Shown in pieces: positions 49,704-61,300 of a stretch of 64,000 nt of DNA. The stretch's first letter is position 1. Every line of letters begins with the position of its first letter. Position numbers and translations under genes: made by a program. The notes under the pieces are model-generated. The model did no database searches and was not told the DNA's origin. It saw only the letters and a program-made list of their open reading frames with translations. The stretch is from Bythopirellula sp. (GTDB lineage Bacteria > Planctomycetota > Planctomycetia > Pirellulales > Lacipirellulaceae), in assembly GCA_965216565.1 (NCBI GenBank), contig OZ244170.1:2432001-2496000 (forward strand), read 5' to 3'.

Positions 49704-50627
49704 ATGTTCAGGCTCGGAATTCTACTACTCTTGGCATTGCCTTCTGCTCTTATTCCATCAGTAGTTTACTGCGAGGAAGTTTCGAAGGCTAAGCAATCGT
49801 TCGATTGGCCATCACCAAAGACGGTTAAGATCTCAGAGTTAGCATTAAAGAAGGGAAACACCGCAGAGCTCACCTATGAGATCGACTTCCAGCGAGGAAA
49901 AGGACGTGACTACCTGGTTAGCTTGAAGAACCTCACGTTCAAAAAGCTTAATGGATCAGCGGTAACGCCTGAGATTGAGCGCGGTTTACAACCAGCAATC
50001 AACGCATTCAATACGATGCCAACATTCGTCGTCAACGAAACTGGGCGCTTGGCTGATATCGAGGGTATTGAACGATTGGTAAGTGCTACAGGCAACGCTC
50101 TGGCAGTGGATGATAAAACTCTCGATGCCCTAAAATCTAAACAAGCTACGGCACTACTTAAGCACGCTTTATCACAATATTGGACATGTTGGGTTGAAGC
50201 GTGGATCGATTTTGATCTGCCTCCTGGAAGTGAAGTGGAAAGAATGTTTGATCAACCATTACCCGGTGCAGAGGGAGGTAAGCCAATTCGAGGAGTTCGC
50301 AAATGGGAACACCTCGGTCCTGTTGAGGGAAGATCTGGTCTGGTTCACCTTCGTATGGAGGAAACTTTCAAAGACGAATCGCTTACTAAAGCGATCACGG
50401 AACTAATCCACAACTTCGACCAGGCGAATCAAGTCGAGTCTTCTGAGGATTCAGAAGATATGCCCGTAGTCCTTGCCACCTCCTCTATGGAAGTTCAGAT
50501 AGATTTGATGACTCTACGACCTATCTGGGCAAAGCGAACTAAGCACATCCAGGTCAATTCTGACGATCCGCAGTTTGCAAAATTCGAACAGAAAGAATCT
50601 CACGAATACTCTTTCACCTGGAACTAG
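49704..50627 (+). CDS. Secreted hypothetical protein
   Basis: GGAG RBS, signal peptide and long ORF; no family recognised. Confidence 0.7.
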   Translation: MFRLGILLLLALPSALIPSVVYCEEVSKAKQSFDWPSPKTVKISELALKKGNTAELTYEIDFQRGKGRDYLVSLKNLTFKKLNGSAVTPEIERGLQPAINAFNTMPTFVVNETGRLADIEGIERLVSATGNALAVDDKTLDALKSKQATALLKHALSQYWTCWVEAWIDFDLPPGSEVERMFDQPLPGAEGGKPIRGVRKWEHLGPVEGRSGLVHLRMEETFKDESLTKAITELIHNFDQANQVESSEDSEDMPVVLATSSMEVQIDLMTLRPIWAKRTKHIQVNSDDPQFAKFEQKESHEYSFTWN

Positions 50628-50630
50628 CAA

Positions 50631-50854
50631 GCAGGGTGCGTGCAACGAAGTGGAACGCACCGCTGGGAAGACCACAAGGGTAGTGCGTGCGCTGTCGCTT
50701 CACGCCCGCTTCTACTATCCGCACAGGGACGCGCCTTGAGTTGCGTGGCAACTCGGCTGGTTTCTCGACTAAGGTCTGAGAACCTATGCACTCGTGAGTG
50801 AGCCGACGGCGCTAGCCGCGGGTAGTGAGTGCGCTGGCGCTTCACGCACGCTAC
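50631..50854. repeat. Cluster of degenerate REP-like palindromes
   Basis: GCAGGGTGCGT...ACGCACC at 50631. Related arms GGTAGTGCGTGCGCTGTCGCTTCACGC (50679) and GGTAGTGAGTGCGCTGGCGCTTCACGCACGCTAC (50821). Confidence 0.55.
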
Positions 50855-51089
50855 GATTGCCAAGTGAGTCCAGCACCCGTCGGGGTGGTTGCTATTCCTG
50901 CTGGGCTTGTTTCCTCAGCACTCTCTGCCGCGAGAGAATTGGAAGATGCTGAACACTAACTCTGCTGTGTCAAACTGTCGTGCGGGCTAGGCCAGGCTAT
51001 ATTGTTACGAATCCAGTGCAGTCGGTGGATTGGCAGGTACTACCGGCATTCGAATTGACGTATGCTGGGGTGGAATCGACCGTCTCTGA

Positions 51090-52139
51090 ATGTCCTTTCC
51101 GCTGAGCTTGCCGATGTTTCGATATTTGCTGTTTCCGATCGAAGCTTTGATCTACGGCATTTCGTACGGCTATCTGCAATTCTTGATTCGCTCGCCCCAA
51201 CCTCTCCCAGGAGATCGGACCTGGCTGGTGCTCACTAGAGAGATGCCGCACGGGTTGCAGTGGATTCGTAAGTTCTGGCCATTGCGTCCGCTTCGCTCGC
51301 TGCTAATTGCTGCGAAGATGAAACAGGATCATGCGCTCGGGATTGCAGATCATTACGATGTGTCGAATGAATTCTACGAATTGTTTCTCGACAAGAAGTT
51401 CATGTTTTATACGTGCTCCGACTTCCTCGATCCGGAAGATACGCTGGAAGACGCCCAGCAGCGCAAGGCAGATCACATCTTGGGACTGATCGATCCCAAG
51501 CCGGGGGATAAAATCTTGGAATTGGGTTGCGGTTGGGGGCCCATGCTGAGGCATATTCAGCAGCATACGGGTGACAAGCAGAACCTCCGTGGCATTACGC
51601 TTTCCAAAGAGCAGGCGAAGTACAACAAAGAAAAACACGGCATCGACGTGGAGTTCGGAAACTTCATTACCCGCGACTACCCAGCGGAAGAGTATGACGC
51701 CATTTATTCAATCGGCGCGTGGGAACACGTCCGGCCCGATGATATCCCGCAACTGTTGGAGAAGCTTTATCAGGCGCTGAAGCCGGGCGGTCGGTTGGTG
51801 CAACACTTTTTTTGCCGCATGACTGAGGAATTGCCGGCAGCGGTGGCGGCTTCGCAGATTTACTTTCCAGGCTCGATTGGGTCGAGTTTTCGCTTTCACC
51901 GGGAGCAGCATGAGAAGGCGGGGTTTCTTATTTCACACTGCTCGGTCCACGATTATCGACCGACCTGTCGGGCCTGGTTCGACAATTTAGATGCAGAACG
52001 CGAACGGGCGCTGGAATTGGTCGACGTGCGAACATTTAATCGCTACATGACTTTTTTCTGTGCGTCGTGGCGTTACTTTGATGACTGCACGGGTATCCTT
52101 ACTCGATGGGTGCTTGAGAAACCTGCGGATGAGGCGTGA
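51090..52139 (+). CDS. Cyclopropane-fatty-acyl-phospholipid synthase family SAM methyltransferase
   Basis: HYDVSNEFYELFLD..MFYTC, TLEDAQ, LELGCGWG, GITLSKEQ, SIGAWEHV, YFPG. Confidence 0.85.
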   Translation: MSFPLSLPMFRYLLFPIEALIYGISYGYLQFLIRSPQPLPGDRTWLVLTREMPHGLQWIRKFWPLRPLRSLLIAAKMKQDHALGIADHYDVSNEFYELFLDKKFMFYTCSDFLDPEDTLEDAQQRKADHILGLIDPKPGDKILELGCGWGPMLRHIQQHTGDKQNLRGITLSKEQAKYNKEKHGIDVEFGNFITRDYPAEEYDAIYSIGAWEHVRPDDIPQLLEKLYQALKPGGRLVQHFFCRMTEELPAAVAASQIYFPGSIGSSFRFHREQHEKAGFLISHCSVHDYRPTCRAWFDNLDAERERALELVDVRTFNRYMTFFCASWRYFDDCTGILTRWVLEKPADEA

Positions 52140-52630
52140 GGGGCAGGGGGCTAGTGGTCACTGTGCCATCGTTGTGGGACCCGATAGCCAGTGTTCTATT
52201 GAGCGTGGTAACTCAATTTTGTAAAGTTCGCCTGATAACTCTTCTGTTTTTGCGAAAAACCAGATAACATACGCGGACCTCTGCAAACCATTCTGTGGAT
52301 TCGCTAATGCAGCCACTTCGGTAGCTTCTCGACTTGTCGTTGGAATTGGCCTGTTCAACGGGCATGGATCATGTATCTAGTCACTTCGGATTAGATTCGG
52401 TCAGAGCCCACTTTTTTGTCTCGTGGGCCTGCATGGATGCTTCTCATCGAACAGCTACTTTCTAGTGAAACTGGGGACGTACTTTGTCAGCTGCTTGCTG
52501 GCTGATGCCTTGTCTTGCTGTTTTCAGCAGTGAGTCCGTTTTCTGTTGGCTATCACCATTGCGTACTTCATCGTCGCAATCACCCAGAACTGTTTCTTTT
52601 AGCCCACTACTATTTCTATGGAGTAATCTA

Positions 52631-53293
52631 ATGACTTCGAAAATCCCGATGCTTTTCTCACTAGTTCTACTGTGTGTGCTTGCTGTCCCTTGTGAAGCAG
52701 TGCCTCTCGGAATGTTTTTGAAAGTGGACGGCATCGACGGCGATTCCGAACAAATCAGGAGTTACAGCGATATCCTCGGATTCGAAATCGGTGTGAGGTT
52801 TGAACAAGGGTTAACGAGAAGAGGCGAGACTATATTCTCCGATATGAAGGTTTCTAAGATTGTCGACTCTGCTTCTCCAGTGTTTTTCGGAAACTTGTTA
52901 CTAGGCAAGGTCGCGCCGAATGCCATGGTCGATGTTAGAAGAACCAACGATGATAAATTAGTCCCCTACGTGCTTTGGGAATTCGAGAACGTCCTTATGA
53001 CCTTGTACGAAACTGGCGCGGATGTCCCCGACGAAGAGGTTGCCGAGATGGTTGCGTTCAATTTCGAAAAGGTAAAGTATTCCTTTTATCCACCTCAACC
53101 CGATGGCTCTGCGGGGACTCCTGTATCGTTTGAATGGAATTTAGAAACCGGCACAACATCAATCACGGGCAATTTGAGTGATTTGCAATTCATCACGAAC
53201 GCTGGAGTGGCTGTCCCCGAGCCGACCACACTCACCATGTCGGCAACGGTGATGATCGGGGGACTTGCAGCGCGACGCCGGCGAAACTGCTAA
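52631..53293 (+). CDS. Hcp1 (T6SS tube)-like domain with signal peptide and PEP-CTERM
   Basis: GGAG RBS and ATG 52631; signal peptide; MFLKVDGIDGDS, SKIVDSASP, FENVLM, EMVAFNFEKVKY, FEWNL; VPEP + TM + RRRR. Confidence 0.8.
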   Translation: MTSKIPMLFSLVLLCVLAVPCEAVPLGMFLKVDGIDGDSEQIRSYSDILGFEIGVRFEQGLTRRGETIFSDMKVSKIVDSASPVFFGNLLLGKVAPNAMVDVRRTNDDKLVPYVLWEFENVLMTLYETGADVPDEEVAEMVAFNFEKVKYSFYPPQPDGSAGTPVSFEWNLETGTTSITGNLSDLQFITNAGVAVPEPTTLTMSATVMIGGLAARRRRNC

Positions 53294-53313
53294 GAGGAAA
53301 ATAGGTTGTATCT

Positions 53314-53362
53314 AATGGGCGGGAGCTGCTGAGAATCAACCCTCAGCAGACCCCGCCCGTTT
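53314..53362. terminator. Hairpin between convergent genes
   Basis: AATGGGCGGG.CTGCTGAG...CTCAGCAG.CCCGCCCGTTT. Confidence 0.6.
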
Positions 53363-53475
53363 AAATTAGTATCACAGGAGTTAATTCTCGCTTGAAGCGA
53401 AAACGCTGTGGCTGCGCGATTTGGAACGTGCGGCTCTTCGGTTCCTCTAACTCCGTGGTCAACTACCTCGTCGGC

Positions 53476-54111
53476 TTATCGGTGACGACGAAACCCTGCG
53501 ATTGCTAGCCCTCCACCGGCCAGCAGGCACAATGCCATCGTGGAAGGCTCGGGGATGATGCCGGTTAGCACTCGCACGTGGTCGCCGGGAGAACCTGCTC
53601 CGCCGGTGAATAGCAATCTCGTTGGCATTCCAGGTGCGGGCAGGACGGAATCGATTCCTCCATCCTCAGGGCCAATAGCCGGACTGACGCTGTAGGTGGT
53701 GGTGTCGGACCCCAGCAGAGGTGCCGTTGCGTTGAGGGCTGCGGGTGTGCCAAGAATTGCCACGATGCGATGATCGAAGTCGACGTGCCCGATCACGGAC
53801 GAACCCTGATTGGGATCGAATACAACATAGTGACTAAAGATGATCGAACCGGCAGGCAGCACTCGTTCGGGGCTCACAGGAAGTGGATCGGTGAGCACGA
53901 CGCGTTGCTGTTCGTCGAAGCCGATGAGGTTGGGCGACTGAAAAGTGTCGGGGCCAGCCTCAGTGGGCGGACTGCCGAGCAGTTCGAACACGCCGCCAGA
54001 AGTACCGCCAATAACATCGCCGCTGAGTATCGCAGCATGCGAAAGCGTGGTTTGCCAAGCGACACTCGCCACAGCGAGCGCGCACAGGGAGCGCAAGGTT
54101 GTCGTGCTCAT
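53476..54111 (-). CDS. Small PEP-CTERM protein of unknown function
   Basis: Signal peptide (SHA-A); IPEPSTMAL + TM + RRHR; GGAG RBS. Confidence 0.8.
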   Translation of the reverse strand: MSTTTLRSLCALAVASVAWQTTLSHAAILSGDVIGGTSGGVFELLGSPPTEAGPDTFQSPNLIGFDEQQRVVLTDPLPVSPERVLPAGSIIFSHYVVFDPNQGSSVIGHVDFDHRIVAILGTPAALNATAPLLGSDTTTYSVSPAIGPEDGGIDSVLPAPGMPTRLLFTGGAGSPGDHVRVLTGIIPEPSTMALCLLAGGGLAIAGFRRHR

Positions 54112-54488
54112 GAGATCATCTCCGTTCCAATGTTGAAAAGGGCGTTCCTAAAAGAACGCGTACTTCTGATACAACACCAACCGGGAGCGTGAAGTTTCGC
54201 AAGATTCGGCGTTATTTTTTAGAAGCGAATGTCATTTCAATATTGAGTTGTCTGAATGTCCCCTGAAGCGAGTCGTTCTGCCACTTCGAGGTCCGCCGAG
54301 GAAACTAGTTGAATCCCTCAGCCGACCTCGGGAAGACAATTGCTGACGTATTTGAATGGCAAACTGATGTCTCAGAAGATTTTCAATCACCTCCGAAACT
54401 TGTGAGCAGAGGCGGGGTTTCAGGAGAAGGCCAACTTTTAGATTGGCTAGTGGGGGCACCGAGGGAGATTGGAATAGGGAGTTGCAGG

Positions 54489-54665
54489 ATGGCTTCGCTC
54501 GTCAGGCGATTGTCGCAGTCGCCGGCTTTCAACTTGCTTGTTGTTCTGACCGTGATCGGTCTGCTGATGCTGGTGCGGCTGGACGGAAGCAGCGATCGGT
54601 TCTCTCTATTTGGCATTCAGCAAGAAATTCGCCAAACGGGGATGGACGCTCCATTGCCAGATTAG
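54489..54665 (+). CDS. Possible small single-pass membrane protein (58 aa)
   Basis: GGGAG upstream of ATG 54489; one TM segment (LLVVLTVIGLLMLV). Confidence 0.4.
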   Translation: MASLVRRLSQSPAFNLLVVLTVIGLLMLVRLDGSSDRFSLFGIQQEIRQTGMDAPLPD

Positions 54666-54775
54666 CGGGGCAGGGGGGCCCTGCGTTGTACGCCGCGGCG
54701 CGTGAACTGAGGCAACGCGGCTGGGTGAATCGTCCGCTATTTTCCTAAGTCTGCGGGTAAAGCTATAATCGGACA

Positions 54776-55804
54776 GTGCGATTCCTTGTCCCTTTGCTTT
54801 TCTGCCGATTCATGGTTTGTGCTTGCCCGAAATCTCTACGACGTACACTTTGGCAGGCGTTTACAATCGTCGAACTGCTGGTTGTCATAGCCATCATTGG
54901 CATCTTGGTGTCCCTATTACTTCCCGCTGTACAGTCGGCCCGTGAAGCAGCGCGGCGGATCCAGTGCGGAAATCATCTGAAGCAGATTGGGATTGCCCTG
55001 CTGGAATTTGAAGCCAGCAAGGGGCATCTGCCGGCTGCAGGAGATCATGGAACATTGCCACAATCTGATATGGGAGGGCGCGGCTACTACCATTGCGGTT
55101 GGGGGGTGAATGTTGGGAACTGGGCCACGCATATTCTGCCCTACCTGGAACAACAAGCCGCTTACGATCAACTCAATTTCAACGCAGTCTGGCAAATGCT
55201 CGACGACGGCAATGTGAGAGTGCTGCAAATGCCGATGCCGTGGTATCAGTGCCCTAGTGATCCGTACCCAGGTTTGACTCGGCCTGAGAGCTTTCACTCT
55301 GAGCAACACAAGTCGAGAATCATGCACTACTTTGCGGTGGCTGGACCCTTTCGGCATGCCGAACCGCTACACGAGCCGGAGCGGAAGTGCAACACGGCCG
55401 ATTGCTGCCCGCACTTGGGGCCATTTTACAACGATTCGAACACCCGCCTGCAGCAGATTACTGATGGGTTGTCGCACACTGCCTTCGTGTCAGAAGTGTG
55501 GGCCCGTCATGCGCCATTCCATGATTCCGAAAAAACGAGTCGCGGCATTGGCTGGCATAATCAAACTTACTATGTCGACGTTCCTAATGCCCGAATTCAC
55601 TGCCCTGGTGGTGACGAAGATTGTGCCCATACGTGGAATCCCAATAGTTTTCATCCCGGTGGAATCCATGCTCTGTTTGGCGATGGCGGAGTTCGCTTTA
55701 TCGCGAACGACATTGAGCTGACCGTGTTCCAAACGTTTGCCACGATCGATGGCGATGACCATCTCATCGATCGGTTGAGAGACAAGTTGGCTGCGGGTTG
55801 GTAA
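54776..55804 (+). CDS. DUF1559 prepilin-type protein
   Basis: AFTIVELLVVIAIIGILVSLLLPAVQSAREAARR, CPSD, TDGLSHT, SFHPGG..FGDGGV. Start may be 54812. Confidence 0.9.
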   Translation: MRFLVPLLFCRFMVCACPKSLRRTLWQAFTIVELLVVIAIIGILVSLLLPAVQSAREAARRIQCGNHLKQIGIALLEFEASKGHLPAAGDHGTLPQSDMGGRGYYHCGWGVNVGNWATHILPYLEQQAAYDQLNFNAVWQMLDDGNVRVLQMPMPWYQCPSDPYPGLTRPESFHSEQHKSRIMHYFAVAGPFRHAEPLHEPERKCNTADCCPHLGPFYNDSNTRLQQITDGLSHTAFVSEVWARHAPFHDSEKTSRGIGWHNQTYYVDVPNARIHCPGGDEDCAHTWNPNSFHPGGIHALFGDGGVRFIANDIELTVFQTFATIDGDDHLIDRLRDKLAAGW

Positions 55805-55812
55805 CCGGTGGC

Positions 55813-57753
55813 TCAAATACCGCTCTCCCGTCGGTTGCTCGCCTCACCGTCTCGGTAGCAAATGCATAACAGCCCGAGCGAGGCCATTAGCCACGCCTTG
55901 GGTTCTGGAACTGTCGTCGCAATTGCCGCGACCGGCTCGCTACGGCCGAATTGTTGCTGCCAAAACAGGAAGTCCAGGCCACTCGAGATACCATCCTGAT
56001 CGGCGTCCGAGCCTGGCCCGCCATAGTCGGTTTCCCACTTCAATAGGTCATCGTTATCAACCGTGCCATCATCGTCGAAGTCCGCCAAGAGATCGGTCGT
56101 TAGCCGCAGCGTGCTCACACTATATGCGGGCATTTCGTAGAGGAAAGCATTCACCAAATTGATAGGGACCGCGCCCAACGAAACGGGGGCAGCACTAGCG
56201 TCGGTGAGCTGAAATATCTCGGCGGAGTTGTACTGCTGCCCGTCGGTCACCTGGATGGCGGCGTCAAGAGGGCTGTCGGTCCTGTTAATGGCTACAACGA
56301 TCATCTCGTTGGGATTCTCTGTCGAATGGCTCGCGTAGACAGACGATTGGGCGATGTCGTCGGTGTCGGCGGTTAAGGAAAGATCGCCAAAGCGGCCACC
56401 GGTGCCATCGAAGTCGGTAAACATTTCAAACCCCGCAGCGACGTACTGCGAATTGGCCACGCTGGCAAAGGGCCACCAAGCCGCGTTGTAGACGCCTTCG
56501 CGACCGAAGATGCCCAGCACGTCGGCCTGTGCGATGCCGCCGGATATATGGTTCCCACCGCCGTAGTTGTATTCGGAAACAGAGATCAACGTGCCGGGGC
56601 GAAGCTCGTCGATGTCTGCCTGCACACGATTCAAGAGCTCGACGCCTTCGTGGTTTCCCGCGCCGCTATAGTCGAATGTTTTGAACTGTGTGATGTAACT
56701 GTCTTCGATATAAGTAGGGTCCCACAAAGAACGCGGGGCTTGCACGCGGGCTTCGATGAGTTCCGGTGTTAAGGCGGGCTGGCCGACAATGCGGACGCCA
56801 CCCCCTTGGGCCTCGGGGTACCAGTGCAAATCGAGTACGTCCATCAGCGTGCGGCCTTGTTGCAGTTCCTCGGCCGCCATGGTTTCTAACAGCCAGCGGT
56901 TGAAGTGCAGGCCATCCGCCGGACGCGGCTCGGGCACCTGCTGATCCAAATCGGGAGCGCCGTTGAGCGACTCCATAGCATCCCAACCGAAAGTGACACC
57001 CCCCAAGACCTTCGCCTGGGGTGCGACATCTTTGATGGCTGACGCATGTGCGATGGCCTTCGAGGCATACTCGGCAAACGTGGGGTTCGTCGTGCCGAAT
57101 AGGCGAGGGTGGGTGTTGTCCCACAAGCCAGGCTCATTGTCTAAGGAATACAAGACTTCCTGGTTGCTCTGCCGATTGGCTTCCACCCAGTTGACATACT
57201 CGTCTGTAAAAACGTAGTTGTCGTTTTCGTTGGGCGTTAGACTGAGCGATTGGCCTGGATAGATCGTCGACTTCTTGGCTTCCACTTCGTACCAACGCGA
57301 AGAAGGCGCGGTTTCCCCCGGGAATACCTCCAGGTTGGCGTCAGCAGAAACATACCCGGCAATCGGCACGGTGACCGTGGTCGCTCCGCCTAACGCTAAG
57401 TTTTCTTGTAGCGTAGGCAAGACAGCTTGCCCTGGCGGCGTATTTTGTTGGCCGTTAACCAAGAAGGTATCGTTGTAATTGAAGAAGTCTTCGCCGGCGT
57501 TGGAATTGTTCGTTTCCCAGTTGTAACCGGTCCAACGATTGCCGCCTAAGCGGATGCCTTGCACGCCAGAGGGACGCAGGTCTCCGTTGATACTGTAGAT
57601 CAGGGGCGAAATCGGTAAACTGCTGCCCGTGGCGTCGATGGTAAAAGCGACATCACCAGTTCCAGGATCATCGGGGACGATCGCCCCAACCGGCGTGGCC
57701 GTTACCGACAAGATTAGGTAAGAAAAGCTGGTTGCTAAAAAGATTCGCATCAT
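55813..57753 (-). CDS. GH44 endoglucanase/xyloglucanase with dockerin-like domain and PEP-CTERM
   Basis: RLGGNRWTGYNWE, LDNEPGLW..TH, LDLHWYPE, SEYNYGG, AQADVLGIFG; VPEP. Confidence 0.88.
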   Translation of the reverse strand: MMRIFLATSFSYLILSVTATPVGAIVPDDPGTGDVAFTIDATGSSLPISPLIYSINGDLRPSGVQGIRLGGNRWTGYNWETNNSNAGEDFFNYNDTFLVNGQQNTPPGQAVLPTLQENLALGGATTVTVPIAGYVSADANLEVFPGETAPSSRWYEVEAKKSTIYPGQSLSLTPNENDNYVFTDEYVNWVEANRQSNQEVLYSLDNEPGLWDNTHPRLFGTTNPTFAEYASKAIAHASAIKDVAPQAKVLGGVTFGWDAMESLNGAPDLDQQVPEPRPADGLHFNRWLLETMAAEELQQGRTLMDVLDLHWYPEAQGGGVRIVGQPALTPELIEARVQAPRSLWDPTYIEDSYITQFKTFDYSGAGNHEGVELLNRVQADIDELRPGTLISVSEYNYGGGNHISGGIAQADVLGIFGREGVYNAAWWPFASVANSQYVAAGFEMFTDFDGTGGRFGDLSLTADTDDIAQSSVYASHSTENPNEMIVVAINRTDSPLDAAIQVTDGQQYNSAEIFQLTDASAAPVSLGAVPINLVNAFLYEMPAYSVSTLRLTTDLLADFDDDGTVDNDDLLKWETDYGGPGSDADQDGISSGLDFLFWQQQFGRSEPVAAIATTVPEPKAWLMASLGLLCICYRDGEASNRRESGI

Positions 57754-58399
57754 TTGCTCCTTCTCGTTCCGGTTGCGAATTAGCAAAGAATCGTCGTTAT
57801 CGTCGAGTTGTTCTGAATGATCTCCTTTGTGGAAACAATTAGATGTGACGCTCGAATATCTGTTCGCCCATCATAACGGAAAGGCGGCTAGTAAAGCGAG
57901 AGAAAAGAGTGCGAGCGTGTATCGTTTAGATTCCTGGTTTGGTCGATACTACGAAAATCCATCGTCGGGAATTTTCACGCTGAACGCACGAAGCCAATTC
58001 CGCAAAGTGCATTGGTCTTACTCTCCGCGGGGGCTAGCACGCCTGAGTTCTATGCCTCACCTCAGCGTTTCACGCTTGTGCCGCTTAGCCGGAAAGCCCA
58101 TGTGGCAAATGAGGGTCATTCATTGGTTAGTTACGAAAATCTGAAAAATGCCACAGCCGTGCACTCTAGCACTTCTTAATCTGCGTGCGACTGATGCAGC
58201 CGACGCGAGTTTAAGTGATGTCTTTTGCTGGTGGAGTCACGCTCGATCAGCGAGCCAATGCGGCTTCTTTCAAACATTCCTCTGATTTCTGTGGGAAACC
58301 CCAAAAATCGACCGTATACTAGGCCCAGCAAATAGTCGAGTGGAACGCGACTGAGAATGATGGCCAGTGCATCAAGACACCCCCTAATCGGAGTTCTCA

Positions 58400-61300
58400 G
58401 TGAATCTAACTTGTCAACAACGGTCGAGACGATCCAATCGTACCGCATTCAGCAAGAACCATCTTCGAGTTCAGAGAACACTGCTGACAATAGCCGTTTC
58501 TATTTTGCATTTTGTTCCCGCGCAGGGCACAACCACCTGGACCAATGCGGGCATTGTCAAAAACTTTTGGGACTTTGCCGACAACTGGTCGGCTGGGATT
58601 CCTGATGGGGCGGATATCGTGACGTTTCCCAACCCCTTTCCGGGCACGGGCACCATCACTCTACTCAGTTCGCAGTCAGCCGATTCTTTGGACTTCAACG
58701 ATGGTGGCTACACGCTAACCGGCGGTACATTAACGCTCACGTCGGGGAACATCTCGGTTGACTCTTCTGGTGATACCGTAACTTTTGAAACGCCGTTGTT
58801 CGGAACTGCAGGTCTCACCAAGACCGGGGCGGGGCACCTCAACCTCCAGAGTGCGAGTAATTATTCGGGCAACACCACAGTTAGCCAAGGCTTTCTCGAT
58901 CTGAGCGATGCATCGCAACTGATCCCGACACTCTCAGAGGTCTCGATTTCCTCGGGCGCTGAACTGCGATTCTTCTCTGGCACGGCAACCGAAACTATCG
59001 GCTCGCTCGCCGGTGCAGGCAAGATAGTCTTCGGCAACATCGACGCTGGCGGCACCGATCTAAGGGTGGGTGCCAACAATAGCAGTACCACGTTTTCGGG
59101 AAATATTTCAGATAACTTCGGCGGCTCCGGCAAGCTGACGAAGATCGGCAGCGGCGTGCTGACCCTATCCGGCACTAACAGTTACCTCGGCGGGACGGTC
59201 GTGTCCGATGGCACACTCCAGGTCAGCAGTTCGAACCTGCCAGTGGGATTTGGCGTTGAGAACAATAGTCTCTTGACGTTCAACCAGAACTTCAGCGGAA
59301 CATTCTCCGGCGGTATATCCGGCAACGGAGCTGTCACTAAAGCGGGTAGCGGAACTCTCACTCTTTCCGGTACCAATTCATATTCAGCAGGGACGATCCT
59401 GAGTGGAGGGACACTTTCAATTTCCAACGACGACAACTTGGGCGCCGATTCGGGCACAGTGTTTTTTGACGGTGGGACGTTGAACGTGAGTGGTGGATCG
59501 CCTGTTAATTTTCCCGGCGCTCGGCATTTTCAGGTGGAAAGCGGCTCGGATGCCGAGCTTAATGTCTCAAGCGGTACGTCCGTTAACTTATATGGCGGGA
59601 TTTCTGGCGATGGGGGGCTAGTGAAGGAGGGCACGGGGGTATTGCGGCTTCGATCAGACGCACTTTCTCATACTCCATCCACCTATTCTGGGCCGACGAC
59701 GATCAATGCAGGTTTCTTAAGGGTAAGAAGGGATGATAGTGTCCCAGGTATAACAGACTTGATTCCCGACCAGAGCGACGTCACGGTTGCGTTTAATGCC
59801 GGGTTCGGAGTTTTCGGTCTCACGGACTTTGGTTTTCCATTCGGTTATACCGAAACTATTGGCTCACTAAGTGGATCTGGGGTTGTTGTATTCGATGGAA
59901 GCAGTGGCAATCACCTCCGCGTCGGTGCCAACAATAGTTCCACGACCTTTGCCGGAAACATCATTGAGATTATTGGCTTGGGTTCTGGAAAGCTGACCAA
60001 GATCGGCACAGGCACGCTAGCGCTCACTGGCAACAATGCTTACTCCGAAGGCACCGAGATTTCCGCCGGGGCTCTCGAAGTGGACACCGACAGCCTGCCC
60101 GCGGCCGGCGGCGTGGTGAACAACAGCCTCTTGACGTTCAACCAAGGCTCCAACTCGACCTATGCGGGGGTGATCTCCGGCAGCGGCGCCGTGGCCAAGA
60201 CGGGCAGCGGCACGTTGACGCTCGACCAGGTCAACACTTACACCAATAGTACTCTGCTAACGGAAGGAACGCTGGCGATCTCCGACGACGACAACCTGGG
60301 CGCTGACACCGCACCGGTTTTCTTCGACGGTGGGACGCTCCGTGCGACGGGAGCCTCAGGGTACTCACTAGCCCCTGACCGCTCACTCGTATCTGTGAAT
60401 GGAGCCGACGTTGTGGTGGAAACCCAAGTCTCTGGAGCGCTAGGTGTGAGAGGAGCAATCAGCGGAGCCGGGGGCTTAGTTATCAATAGCAACCAGGGCA
60501 ACTCGGTGATTCTGTCAAACTCCGCATCAAATTATGCAGGCAACACGACTGTGAACGCTGGAGCTGCACTACTTGCGTCCAAGCAAGATGGCAACGATGA
60601 AGTGCTTCCCAATACGACGGACGTAACACTCAATGGCCTAGACGCTCAACTTTGGCTGGTACTCGGAATCACGGAGACTATTGATGGACTCAACGGATCT
60701 GCGAACACCCGTGTCGATTTCTTCTCCAGTTCCAACAATCACCTCATCCTTGGTGCGGACAACGGCAATGGAATATTCGAAGGCAGAATCTTTAGCCAGA
60801 ATACTCTCCATGACGGCCGACTGACGAAGATTGGCACCGGAAACCAGGTGCTCACTGGCAACAACAACTACACCGGTGGCACGACGGTCTCCGGAGGCAC
60901 TCTGACAATTAACACCAACAGCCTGCCCTCAGCGGGTGGCGTGGTGAACAATAACAGCCTGGTATTTGGACAGGACTTCGACGGGACTTACACTGGCGTC
61001 ATTGGCGGCACGGGTGCCGTCACCAAGTCGGGCGCGGGCGTGTTGGCACTCACTGGCGACAACACCTATCCCGGCGGCACAACGGTTGTTGCGGGCACAC
61101 TGCTGGCCAATAACGTTTTAGGTGGTTCGTCCACTGGGTCTGGCCAAGTTACCGTGGGCTTTGGTGGCACCTTTGGCGGCAATGGCGTGAGTAGCGGAAC
61201 GGCAGTCATCCAAGTCGGCGGTACGCTAGCGCCGGGCGCTTCGGTCGGGCGACTACTGGTCGGCGCAGTCCAGTTCAATACCGGTTCGACCCTAGAGATA

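Noticed and set aside
52484..52630. N-terminal extension of the Hcp-like ORF
   Set aside because: ATG 52631 has a GGAG RBS and yields a proper signal peptide.
52631..53293. Type VI secretion system locus
   Set aside because: Only an Hcp-like domain; no sheath, baseplate, VgrG or ClpV genes in the window.
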